A DNA stretch of 64,000 nt from Paragordius varius (lineage: Eukaryota > Animalia > Nematomorpha): positions 9,982,001 to 10,046,000 of the forward strand of contig OZ176053.1 in NCBI GenBank assembly GCA_964247055.1, given 5' to 3'. The position numbers and the translations under genes were made by a program. The notes under the pieces were generated by a model. It was not told the DNA's origin. It saw only the letters and a program-made list of their open reading frames with translations, and made no database searches. Shown here piece by piece: positions 1 through 12,300 of the stretch (positions within the stretch are counted from its first letter, which is position 1; every line of letters begins with the position of its first letter).

Positions 1-399
1 GATAATAATTTATATTATAAATTAACTGAAACTGAAAGAGGTTGGCCAAGGATTTTGAGATCTAAGAAATTTTTGTCGAAATATATCAAAACTTTATTTG
101 CTATTTTTTCTTTTACGATTTATTTTATTTTACCAATCAGTTATGGTATATAGTACTAAAAATTATTTAAGTTAATGTTATACAAGCAATAACATTTTTT
201 GATGTTATAGGGGATAATAATTTGTTTTACCTAAGTTAAATAATAAGTTTAAAAATTAATAATATTTTACCATAAAATGCTGCTTTTAACCATATTTAAA
301 ACGGCTCTTATGTTGTGAATTAGCATTTGATTTAGATAATAATCATCATTCATTTTTTATTATGTAGTCATATATTTTAAATTAACATTGATGATTTAG

Positions 400-3300
400 T
401 GGTAAACATGGAATTGATGTTATCTTTGATGCTTAACGTGGTATTTCCTTCAATGTTCTATGATTTGCCTGAAAAGACCAAATACGTAGATTCGGAACTT
501 CAAAATAATGGCCTATTTGCATTTAAGGCATTGAGTGATTTTCTTGATCTCACTAAAAGTTAGTTTATAATTTTTATTTAAAATTATTTAAACAAAAATA
601 TTAATTTATTTTTTATCAGATTTCAATGAAACATGCCAAATTGTTTTTGTCGAATCTATTGTCCTAATATTGCAACATTATATGCCCAATTTGAACGGAG
701 AGGGTGCTTTCAAACTTTATGCATGGTATGTATTTTTTAAATAACTTTTACATCTGTATTGATTAGGATAATATCATTAGTTTTAAACATATTTACTTAA
801 ATATGAAATGAATAAACAGCTTAATGCTGTTTATATATATATATATATATATCTGAGCATCATATTTAAACCCCAAGTTTTTGAAGGAATACATTTATTG
901 ATTTTTGTCTTTTGGGAAAAAATATCGAGAAACAAGATATGAGAACAAATTTTTGTTTTTCATATAATTATATATATGTTTTTCTGTCCTAATACTTGGA
1001 AACTGTTATACATGATATATTTATCCCTTCAAATATTTATATATTTTTATAATATTCTCTAATATTGTAGTTTAACTTGTCTTAAAATACTTTGCTTGCT
1101 TCCGATTAAATGGCTTCAATCTAGTTATGGACAGAATGTCGTCGGTGTAATAAACGAAAAAACCACATTGGAGAAAGTGTTAAATGATTTGGATAGGTTT
1201 TGTGAGCCAGATAACTCCTACCCCCCAGAAATAAGAAGCCAGGCTCTTTTAACTTTTATACAGTATGATTATTTGTGAAACATAAACATAAATACATTTA
1301 CAATCTACAAATATATGATTTATTTTAAATATTATAATCCATTAGATTATTAATGAAGCTTTCAGCGGATATCGATAATTCAAAAGTGCTTAAAAATGGT
1401 ATTAAAAATTTTTTTTATTCGTAAAACATAAGTGTAATACATTTATATTGAATTTTTTTATTTTTTTGAACGTCGAATATTTTAAACATTATTCAACAAA
1501 TAAAATTAAATCTCTTTAATTTGGTATAGTTTTTAAATTTACCACATTTTATCAGAATATTTCTATATTTAATGTTGATTTAACATTTCACAACAGAATG
1601 GAAAAGTAAGTTCACGGATAAATTGATAAAATGTTTTACGGATCATACATTGGATAGCGTTAAGGGTGACATATCTGCTATTGTAAGGCTTGGATCGTTT
1701 CCTGCATTTTATATTGCTTTAAACACTCCAAATTTTTTGGACAATTCAGATTTGGTACAGGTAATTTAATTGAAAGTATAATTATTTTTATTTATTGAAA
1801 AATTTGATATTCACCATATTTATATTGCCCATAAAATTTTACAAATAATTATTTGCATGTCAGAATCTAATATTATCGTTTAATTGTGTGTGTGTGTTAT
1901 AAGCTAGTCATGTAGTGACTCTTGGCTTTCTCATATAGTGTTCTCCATTTTTGACGATCCTGTGATTCTCTCAACAATTCAGGAAAAGTTCGGTTTGTTA
2001 TTAATTTAAGCATGTCTATCCACCGCTTTTTGGGTCGGCCCCTTCTGCGGGTGCCATCTACCAACCCATAGAGTGTGTTTTCTAGCGAGTCGGATAGCAG
2101 GATATGACCCAGATATTTTAGCTGTTTGAAGATTATTAAATCGTAAAGTAAAAATTCGGGTTTGATGAGGTTGAGGATATAAGAATTGGAGATGTGGGCT
2201 TTCCAGGAGATTTTCAATATTTTCCGAAAGCACCACATTTGAAAAGAGTTTATGCGGGCTTTGTCAATGGATTTGCATATCCATGATTCGGACCCATAAA
2301 TTGCCACGGGGTATATCATCGCCTTCAGGATGGCAAGTTTGGTTGGAAATCTTATGACCGACGAGTTCCAAATTTTGGACAGTTTACCCATAGTAGCACG
2401 TCCTAATGCTATCTGTGCTCGGATGTCGGGATCCGAGCTACCGTCGGATGTAATTATGGAGCCTAAATATTTACAGTGATCAGTTAGTTCGATGGTGGAG
2501 TTATTGATTGTAAATGATAGTTGTGGAGCGTTTAGTATCATTATTTTAGATTTAGCTGGTTCAGCTTAAGACCTATAAACTTGCTTCGATGGTGAGATTA
2601 TTTAAAAGATAGGTCATGTCCGTGAGGGATTCCGACAAGAGGATGGTGTCGTTGGCGTACCGGAGATTGCAAATAGTAAGACCACCGATCCGTGCCCCAA
2701 TATGTTAGGGAAAGTTACAATTGTATATTAATGTTTTGTATAAGTTAAATAGGAGGGGAGAAAGGACACATCCTTGTCTCACACCTTTGAGGATAGGAAA
2801 CCAGTCGGTGGGACCGAATTGGGTTTTAATCGCAGCTGTATGTCTACAATACAGCGATTGAAGCAAGAATATTATGTGCGGGGAAACTCCGGAGGATCGT
2901 AATATGTTACATAGACAGTCGTGGTTGACTGTATCAAATGCCATACTGAAGTCTTAAAAGCAGCAGTATAAACTTTTCCCAAATTCATTGTATCTTCGAA
3001 TTATTGTATTAAGATTAATATGTGATTAGCAGTGTTTCTCTTTGCTCTAAAGCCAGCCTGCACCTCAGATATTTCAAAGTCCAGTGAGGATGAGATTCTT
3101 TTTAGTATAATCTTGAGAAAAAGTTTGGATAGTTTATTAGTGATAGCGATCATTCTATAGTTCTGACAGAGATGGGAGTTTTCCTTTTAAAAAAAGGGTA
3201 GGAGAAAAGATTTAATTCAATCATCCGGCCAAATATAGGTTTGAAAAACTTTTTGTAAAAGATCAGTTAAGAAGTAGAGAGGGAACGTGTGTAGAATTTT

Positions 3301-4738
3301 TATTGGAATATCATTGTAACCTAAGGAGTTGGAGGATGAAAATTGTTTTAAGGCGTATTGAACTTCATCAGGAAAATTGGGGGATCAAGTTCAGAAGCTT
3401 TAAGGAATGTGCCGATGGATGAATGTGGACTAGAGTCGACATGATAAAGAGAAGTACCGAATTCTTCCCAGCGTTTGATTTCATTTTTATTTGTTAATAT
3501 TACATTATCCATGTTGCTTATGTTCCCCAAATTTTTGGAGTTGTGAGGGACAAGTTAATGTATTTTTGGTATATGTTCTGGCCTGTGGCGTGAGCCAGTT
3601 TTAATTCTTTGCAAATAGTTAGGTAGTGTAAATTGATATCAATCTTGAATTTTATCTTGAATTGAGTATTTAATGTGCGGTAGTCAGTATTGTTGTTGCT
3701 TATTTTAGCCAATCTGCGTTTATTGGCCTAGACAATAGAATCATTTGAGAGGCACGGATTGTTAAAATGTCCACGTTGAAGTGGGAAGTGCTTGGGTATA
3801 AGTTTGTTGATTGCAGTCAAGGTCTGATGCCAGTGGTTGTTCAGTTCAGCAATACTTTTTTTGATATTCCCCTCAGAAGAAGATATATGTGGGTTTCTCT
3901 AAAAAATATCCGTTCACAAATTGATTTTATCCTCATCCAACAAAAATGGCTCAAATTTATTATGGGGGCTAAGACTTTCCCAGGAATCGTAATAGGCTTC
4001 GATCATCAACTTCTAGCTATTAAACTTAAATTTAAGTTAGGAACTAAATTACCACAAAATCGCTTCGACATTTCCAATGTTACAAGTGAATTTATATTCA
4101 AACTGAATACTTTTCTAAGTAATATCAATACTAATAATCTGAACGTGAACAACCACTGGCATCAGACCTTGACTGCAATCGTTTAATTAGAAAATTTAAA
4201 TTTTGATATCTACGATTTTTTGTTGAATTTTTTTATCATTTATTCTAAAATATTGAAATTTATTTTTGCATACCATTTTTAAAATCTATATAGAAAAATT
4301 TACTATTTATTAAGATATTGCCATTAGCCGTCAGCTTAAGTTTGAACTATGTTGATCCGTTCCGAATCTCAGTTTGTGAATGGTTACAAAATTATATTAT
4401 CCCCAATCTCCTGACACGAAAAGATTTAGACTCAAATCTTAATATAGAAATGTTGTCTAGAATTTTCTGGTAAATTTTGTTCTTAACCCTATTAAATAAT
4501 AAATTTTTTTTTAATTTTTTCATTTAGTTCAATTCAATATAATATATTTTTTATTGCCATTATTCCAAAACTTTTTTAGTCAGTCAGATGAAAATCATGA
4601 TAAAGATTGGTCATTGATACGTAATTGTTATCCAATGCTACTGGGTTTATTGGATATATTTTTATATAGTCAAGCTGTTCTCAGTGAATTAATGTTAAGC
4701 CTTGGTTACGTGTCAAACAATGTTAATGAACCTTCTAG

Positions 4739-4783
<45 letters not shown>

Positions 4784-6797
4784 GATTGTAAAAATAGCAT
4801 ATTTTGATATACTCTTATTGATAGTTCGCATTTAGTATTGAACCGTGTTTGTTTAAAAATATATAAAATATTAAAAAGGTTTTCCAACATATTTTATCTC
4901 TATTTTACACATATTTCATCGATTGGTCGTAAGCAATCATTTAAGTCAGAAATACCAATGATTTCTGTAATCGTATTAAAGAAATGTTAATTTTGTCAAT
5001 CAAATTTGATTTAATAGTGTTATCATGTTAAAAAAGATATAAAAAATTTTGTAAATTGAATTTAAATATAAATACATACCATTTATTACGTGTAATGATG
5101 TCTAGAATTGACTGTTTATTTAAATATATCGGTCACTAATGCATTCTAGACCGATCAACAACTGTAAACTTTTTATATCAAAATAATATTTTATCTTTTT
5201 AAGGTCAATGCTCACAGGATTATTTATCAAGTAGTGACCAAAAAATTTACAATTTTTCTGAATCGCTTTTGCTCGTTTATCAAAACTTTATAAAAAGCAA
5301 TCCACAAACATTGAAGGCATTTCCATTATCATTTTGCGTTTCGTTGTTACGAGGAACTGATGGATTTTTAAATTTAAACAGCATTTGCTTTGATGAAAAA
5401 TATCAAAGGTACGTTTTACATACACTAACTAAATAAAATGCTAAATTATTTTTAAGTTTAAGTTTTTTATTATGGCTAGATTTTTCGCTCAGTTGTTGGA
5501 CAATGTGCTACATTTGTTAAATCAAACCCCAAAAATGAATTTCGAAAAATTATCAGTTGGACTAAAAGTATTGGGGACTTGCTTGTTTGTTGAAATGGAC
5601 ACCTCGTCGAATATCGTTATCCAAAAAGCATTTACGGATTATCAAAGGAAAATTTTGTTGATTGTTATGGAAAAATATTTAATCCACAGATTATCACGGG
5701 TACATACCATTAATTATTTTAATATATAATTTTTTTAACTCTTGTTAAAATGCTTAATAGCGTTTTTTATAAATATATGTTTTCACCCTACTGTTAAATT
5801 AATATAAAAATGAAATATGCTGTGTTGTTATCAAAAATTTTTATAAAAAATACTATGAAAATGCCCTACAATATAATTTAATAATCTAATTTATGTTCAA
5901 TTTTTTAGGTTATTACATAATTACCTTTAAGAGATTTGGCTCTTTATCCATATTTAAAAAAGATAATATTGGCAAAGTAGCATCATAATTCTGATATAAA
6001 TCTTTTGCCAACAATTGGTTTTTTGCATTAGGCTTTTTTTTGAAATTATTAAGGTACGGTAAATGTATAAATAAGTTAAATTAAACTTAAATGCACCTAA
6101 TTAAAATTTACTCGTATGGTTTAAAGAAATTGATTTTATTTTTTTTGATTGGATTTGGAAACTTTATTGTATATAGGTATAACATAACTTATTATATTAT
6201 GTGATCAAAAACCTTTATATATTGTTTTGTTATATATATATATAATATACCGTAAATTCCAAAATAAATATGTCGAAAATTGTATATCCAATAAGCCATT
6301 AATGATAGCGCAGTAATGTATTTAAGGGGGGTAAGTTAGATACATTGATCTTTGTTGTGTGTAATAAACCAATAACACTTAATTTTTTATTAAACATGCG
6401 AATCATTAAATTAATTATATATAAAATTTAACATACAGGTGAGAACAACTGCCTCTAATTTACTTTATCAGTTTTTTGTGATTGGAAATCCTGATGATGA
6501 TAAAAACAAAGAAATCTGTTCATTGCTAACCAATACTGACTGGTATACTTTTTATTTTGATATGTTACTTACCTTATTAAAGTATTAATTTAAGATAAAT
6601 TTTTGTGAAAACTTTGCATTATTTAAATTATGGCATATATATCTTTGTAATAATATTTGTGGTAAAATTAAGATTGTTAATGTGTAAATTTTCCTGTATT
6701 TTCAATATTAATTAGGGCTGAAGCTGATCCTACTATACTTCGTGCAAAACAAAAACAAATTTGTGATATCTATTCAATCGATTATGTTTTTCTTTAA
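400..6797 (+). CDS. TBCD: Tubulin-specific chaperone D-like (TBCD), 3' part of a multi-exon gene; 5' exons lie outside the window or are unresolved
   Basis: Manual splicing of GT-AG exons (approx. 400-549, 620-724, 1071-1197, 1346-1385, 1598-1760, 4315-4469, 4550-4710, 5204-5408, 5480-5699, 6439-6542, 6717-6797). The C-terminus LIHRLSRVRTTASNLLYQ...LLTNTDW...LRAKQKQICDIY resembles the remembered TBCD end (LCHRFPLIRKTTASQVYE...LSDTAW...VREQRNRLCDLL). WSLIRNCYPMLLGLL..Y...VL..L..SLG also matches the TBCD W..P..AFP..T.LL..P.Y...VL.GL..SLG block. Stop TAA at 6795-6797. Confidence 0.75.
1886..4177 (-). mobile_element. RTE-type non-LTR retrotransposon, 5'-truncated with an inverted 5' segment, degenerate, inside a TBCD intron
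   Basis: Minus-strand RT fragments: AFDTVNH, GVRQGCVLSPLLFNLY, YAND in place of YADD, YLGS, GRRRGRPKKRW. The APE-endonuclease tail (SNTFF..RRRYMW..RSQIDFIL..DHQLL) is on the plus strand at 3844-4180. A (CA)n tail follows the stop directly (1886-1896). An 11-bp TSD ATCGTTTAATT lies at 1875-1885 and 4178-4188. Confidence 0.92.
4739..4778. repeat. (AT)n microsatellite
   Basis: Uninterrupted AT run. Similar runs occur at about 831-851, 16653-16694, 26183-26215, 26815-26838 and 56093-56113. Confidence 0.95.
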
Positions 6798-7298
6798 ACA
6801 AAAACCAAAAAAAATACGAGATTCCCGATAATTTACATGCTTAATTTTAATTTGATGAAATATATAATTGTATTGTTAACATTTATAAATTATTCTAATT
6901 GTATCTTCCCTTATTTCCTCTCCTATTATTGTGTTGGAAAACCTGGCATACGGTTCTAATCTATTTTCTTTAGATTTTTGATATTTTCGTATTTTATTTT
7001 GTTACTATATAATCTTTCTAGTTTAATCATTATTATTATTATTATGCAATCATTCTTAATAAATAATTTATTATCTCTCATAAAATAAAATAATTGGATT
7101 AAGCTTCCAAATATCCTATTTTTCACCCTTTTTGTGTTAATAGATGAAATTAAATTTTAACAAATAAATCCAAACCTAAAAATAAAATGTGAGAACAAAT
7201 TAATTAGGTATTGTTGGTGTCAATCTTTAGACAAAGCGCTATTATATTGTCTTGTATGCTAGCTAATTCGTTATAATTAAATTGATTATTATTTATAT

Positions 7299-8618
7299 AT
7301 GTCTTCTATTGCTGTGCATTCATTCCATTCAAAATACGATTATATCCTACGCTGTTTGGGAATAACTTTATTAGCTATCCTTACTTATAAAATGGTAAAT
7401 TTTTTGACCGAAAATGAAATAACCTCGATTCGTGAAGCGGGTATATGCACTCCTCAGCCAAAACCTTGGAATTTCGCTACTTTCCTTCAAATCGTAGCCA
7501 TGCCCATTTTATTGATCATAGGATTTTTTGGCAACACTATCGCTCTTATTTTGCTCAGTCAAATCAAACATTCAAACTTAAATTACTATTACTTGAAGTG
7601 GATAAGTTTTCTTAACCTAATGACCATCGCATTTTACTGGTGTACCACGGCTTACAACATAAATGCATTCACAGACCAAGATCCTTATTTTCGGAACCGA
7701 GCTTATGTGCATTTTACGGCACATTACACCCTAATTTTCACAAATGGATTTTTCACTGCCTCCATATTCATACTTTGTCTGTTATTGCTGGAACGATTGA
7801 TAGCCCTAAAGTATATAACTTTGTATCAACGATTCGAATCGTCACGAATTATGCGTTTTTTGCCCTATCCCATTCTCCTTTTGACAAACGTTATATGTTT
7901 TTCCAGCTTTTGGTGGTATGATATGGGCGCTTGTTATTACGATGAAGCAATGTTTCAATCAAAGCTACGGACGTCGGATTTGAAACTCAATAACATTACG
8001 CATTGGTTGTCGTCTACTAATAATAATGCAACAAAGAACAGATCCCAGGATTTGCGTTATTACAAATTCCCTGCCCTAAAGAAACAATGGATAGTATCGT
8101 ACGATACTTTTCGACAAATTTTATTATCCATAGTACCTGGAATCATAATTTTGTACATCGGAAGTAGGATAACGTCACAATTGAGACAATTCTTTGTTGC
8201 TAGAGCTAAGATCCGTAATGAAATACAAGTTCCGAGTGGGCATAAAGATGCTTACATTGTGGCCAAAGCTAATCGAGAATGGAAGGCAAATTATTTACGG
8301 AACATTTCAGCCATTTTATATTTTATACAGTATTGCATATTTAACATACCCAACATGTTGGTAATTATATTTCAACAACAAATTAACATTGCAAATGCTA
8401 AGAAACCCACTTGGCTGTCAAGGAATTCAACCGAAATTGCAAATGTGCTAGAGGCAGCTTTCTTTTGTTTAGGTTTTCTAACTTACCTCGTTTTTGATCG
8501 AAACGTTAAGGTTGCGGGCCGAAGAATGATAAATAAAGTTTGTGGAAAAACGATATTTACTGAACAAAGTACTGTAATGACGCTGGATCCTAGTGCAGTA
8601 ACGAGCCCAGCTCCATGA
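7299..8618 (+). CDS. Intronless rhodopsin-like (class A) GPCR, peptide-receptor or chemoreceptor-like, 439 aa
   Basis: Single ORF with 7 hydrophobic segments plus an extra N-terminal hydrophobic stretch. TM1 has GxxGN, TM3 ends LLLERLIAL (DRY equivalent), TM5 has a Pro (IVPG), TM6 has FNIP, and ECL2 has a Cys. Confidence 0.85.
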   Translation: MSSIAVHSFHSKYDYILRCLGITLLAILTYKMVNFLTENEITSIREAGICTPQPKPWNFATFLQIVAMPILLIIGFFGNTIALILLSQIKHSNLNYYYLKWISFLNLMTIAFYWCTTAYNINAFTDQDPYFRNRAYVHFTAHYTLIFTNGFFTASIFILCLLLLERLIALKYITLYQRFESSRIMRFLPYPILLLTNVICFSSFWWYDMGACYYDEAMFQSKLRTSDLKLNNITHWLSSTNNNATKNRSQDLRYYKFPALKKQWIVSYDTFRQILLSIVPGIIILYIGSRITSQLRQFFVARAKIRNEIQVPSGHKDAYIVAKANREWKANYLRNISAILYFIQYCIFNIPNMLVIIFQQQINIANAKKPTWLSRNSTEIANVLEAAFFCLGFLTYLVFDRNVKVAGRRMINKVCGKTIFTEQSTVMTLDPSAVTSPAP

Positions 8619-9333
8619 TTTAGCAAAATATAGTAATAAATCTATGTCATGATGTTATCAGTAAACGCGCTTTGGAAAATATGGACACAAAAATATTCCA
8701 TTTTGATTTTTTTAACATCTATGCATATGAATACACTTTCCACCATATAAATGATAACCTAGTTTTTTAAATTTGAAAAATAATTTACAACAAATGTGTT
8801 ATTTCAATCGTTTTGACTGGGGTATAATGAATTAAATTTACATTATCCATTGACCTTTTTTACTACAACTTAACTAATTTTTTAAACCATTATATATTAG
8901 TGATCTGTCTAATTGAAGCGGGGCGTATTTTGTTTTGGCAGTAATACTTCCATGTATTTGGATTGAAAAAAGTGTGGCATGGTCAATTTAAGATATACTG
9001 AAAACATCCGGTTCGCTTAAATGGTGCTTTTGTTCGAGAAATTTTGAACAAACTTTTGTGAACAACACAATAATTTTTATCTAAATTTATATTACAATGT
9101 TATAGGATATTTATTTAATAGTATCAAATCACGCAAATATAAGCCACACTATAAGATTTACCATGATTTATTGTTACATTAACAAACTTAAATATAAATT
9201 AAATTATTTATAGATAATAATAATAATATTTAATGTTGAAAATATATCAAGCTATGCAATTCGTTTATTAATGTACAATATTAAATATGAATATAAATAA
9301 AATTTAGAATTATTCAATTCAGAAGGTCATTTA

Positions 9334-12300
9334 CTATTTCAATGAGCTGTCGTTTGTTTCATAGGGATCTTTGAATGACTAAAATTTAATATTTATACCC
9401 TTTTGCAAATATATATGAATCTTGGCGCGAAATAAATTTTTCAGATCAAAAAATATAACAAATTATACATTTTAAATTAAATATAATTTTGTTATATTAA
9501 ACAGCTTTACAAATAATAATTTAGTTATCATATTTATAAACGCTTAATTTACCGATAATAATGATTGAAAATGTCACCTGATACGTATAAAGTTTAGTTA
9601 ATAGGTAATAATTACGATAGTCTGGCAAACTCCTTTGATGCAATACATAGGAGGATTAGCATTACACAAAGTTCCTGTGGGTAATATACTCTTAATTATT
9701 GAGGATTTTTCTCCTGTATCATTTACTGCGTATTCACAATATAGACGACATGATTCTGTAGGATCTAACACAAAAATTATATTTAATGTTAAAATTTTGC
9801 AAAACTACAAAAAGATGTCGTTATCAATCCTGAAATAAAGGGTTAAGTGTCGTTAATAACACGGTTCATGTTTTAAATCGCCCCCAACCTTGCTAATCAA
9901 ACCGTGAAAATCTGAGAATGTAGATATTTTTAAAGACAAAAATTTTCAAATACTGATGAATTTAACCAAACACTAATTTTTAATGGACCAAATAATTCGC
10001 AACCTGAAAGTACATAAAACATCATTTGAACTAAAGATGGCTATCTGGCCATATAAAAAAGGATATCGGTATCAAAAAAAATATTCATACTCAAATAGTC
10101 CATAAATGCAAAGATAATTATTTACAAGAAATAAAAAATTATACTTTTTTCATTAAAAGCCAACTGGAATCCGGTTCCACTCAATTTAACAACGTTTTGA
10201 AACATGCTATTTTTTTGACACTTTTCCCCTATATAATTGGTCATTGGTGTAATGGAATTAGTGCAATTCTATAATGGTTATAAGTTATAAAATATAATTA
10301 TATTTAAATTTATTTATGATACCAAGATATGACAGTAAATGGGTTATATAGATTATATGCTATATTTGTATTTGTCATAGAATAAAATCTTAACAATTTC
10401 TCCATATCAATGAATTATTGTGTATGTTATTTAAAGTAACTCTTTTATATTTCGTGCATTCAAAAAGTTGGTTTTTATAAAATTTTTGTTAAATATTGGA
10501 TGAATTTTAAGCGTGTAGCAAGAGAAAAGGATCTGATGTGAAAAATATGGCTTTCTAAAAATAGAAAGATGAAATATTACTTAAATTTTCAAAATGAAAT
10601 TTTAAACCAGATACGTAAAGATCTAAAATCATTTGATATAAAATAACACTGTTTTGATTAAACATATTTTCATTATTTATTAATTAACCATAAAATAAGT
10701 TTTCTTATTTAATACAAGAATGAGTCATTGCATAAATTAGAATTTGCCCATGGCAAAAAGCCGAATTAAGCGCAGCTTCTATACTGCCACCTATTATAAT
10801 ATTTATAAGGATTTTAAATTTTCTTGGGTTATAAAAGCGGTATCTCAAAATCTTTACATATTCAACTTTTGCATTAGACATTTAAGTTATTTCACTTTAG
10901 CCATTTGACCGACTTGAGCCGGCACAATCGAAATGCCTGGTTAAATGCAAATTATAAAATAATTTGTTCTTAATATGTTATACCGTTTTGCATTGATTGT
11001 AATGTATGGCTAATCCAACACAATCCTTCTCCTGATTAAGCCTTAATAATATATGATGGTGTATAATAATTTATCCATCCAATAATTTTCATGATAATAA
11101 GGGGTTTTAAAACTAAATTATTCGAATAACATGTAATATATAAACATACTCATCACTTAAACAAGTGCGACGAAATTCTTCTACGCCGATACTTCCTTCT
11201 AAGCATAAAGAGGTACACGGCAATGAAAGATACCATGGAGTCCAACCCTTTTCCTGACGATAGTGCAGAGTTATATTGCTCGTGGAAGAGCAAATTCCTC
11301 CTTTACAGACCTATTTTGAGAAAATAATTTTTTAAATCTATTAATATTTAATACTGATAATAGATTTGAATTACTTTTTCTGGACCACATACAGTTCCCT
11401 CTAGTGCAGGGAACCGATAAAAACGAGATATTGTGTTTGTGCATTCAACAAATTGGCAAATAGTCTAACAAATACCATATTTAATATTTATACATTCAAG
11501 AATTAAATTTAATTTATAATGAACTCAAATTTAAAATATATGACCTCTAAATTTTGTCGTGTATCATGCATACTCCGTGGCCCATTAAAACTTTGACATT
11601 GTTCATTTATGTCATACAAAAGACCTGGTAAAATTCGATTAGAAAACACATTGTAATCGTCTACTTTACCATCGTTGGGGTTGTTAACATTAGTTCGTGA
11701 TTGCGGTGAATTTCGTGGAGCCCAACTGTGAAAAAGGCAGTTGTAATGGAGGCGCCTGTGTATAAGTTGAAATATAAGATAATTAAAAATCTGCAGAACT
11801 TCGTTTTCTTAATAAAATATTTTTTTATACCAAAATATTAATTATTAAATGGATATTCACAGATAATTATTGATATATCCAAATTTTGATTTAATATATA
11901 AATTATTTGAGGCCAACGCATACCTTAGATTCATTAGCATAATTCTGGCACTACATTCGGACCATGTGACTTGACCAAGACCTAAACTTTCTGCCATTAT
12001 ATATCTGGTTCGATCACATCCGTTTCGAATGCTATCATGATCCATGCCAAAACTAAAATGGAATAAAATTATGCATTATTTAGTTTCATTATTATTAATT
12101 AAAAACATACATTCTTTAAATATATTTAACATAATGGTTATTATAAAACTGTTTAACGTACAGCGTCCACTGACTTCTTTTATAAATACAATAATGTGTA
12201 ATATTTTAAATTTAAATATAAATATATCCGATAAATGCAAGATCCGCCTTACATGTTGAAATTATAAATCAACAAGCACATTTTTGTGACTGTCTCTATG

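Noticed and set aside
5909-6053. Exon-like segment in TBCD with good splice sites and in-frame TAA/TAG, suggesting stop-codon reassignment; a similar TAA occurs near 379
   Set aside because: The segment is 145 nt (not frame-preserving) and also contains TGA. Skipping it gives the TBCD-like HRLSR|VRTTASN junction. An alternative acceptor at 399 removes the other TAA. MADD, the GPCR and the GLUT exons have no internal TAA/TAG, and genes end in TAA, TAG and TGA.
10730-10935. Exon-like patch in an ADAMTS intron (AFRLCRLK... / FGFLPWANSNLC)
   Set aside because: All frames hit stops, and the flanking exons (10985 to 10269) join in phase 0 to give a sensible TSP1-to-Cys-rich transition without it.
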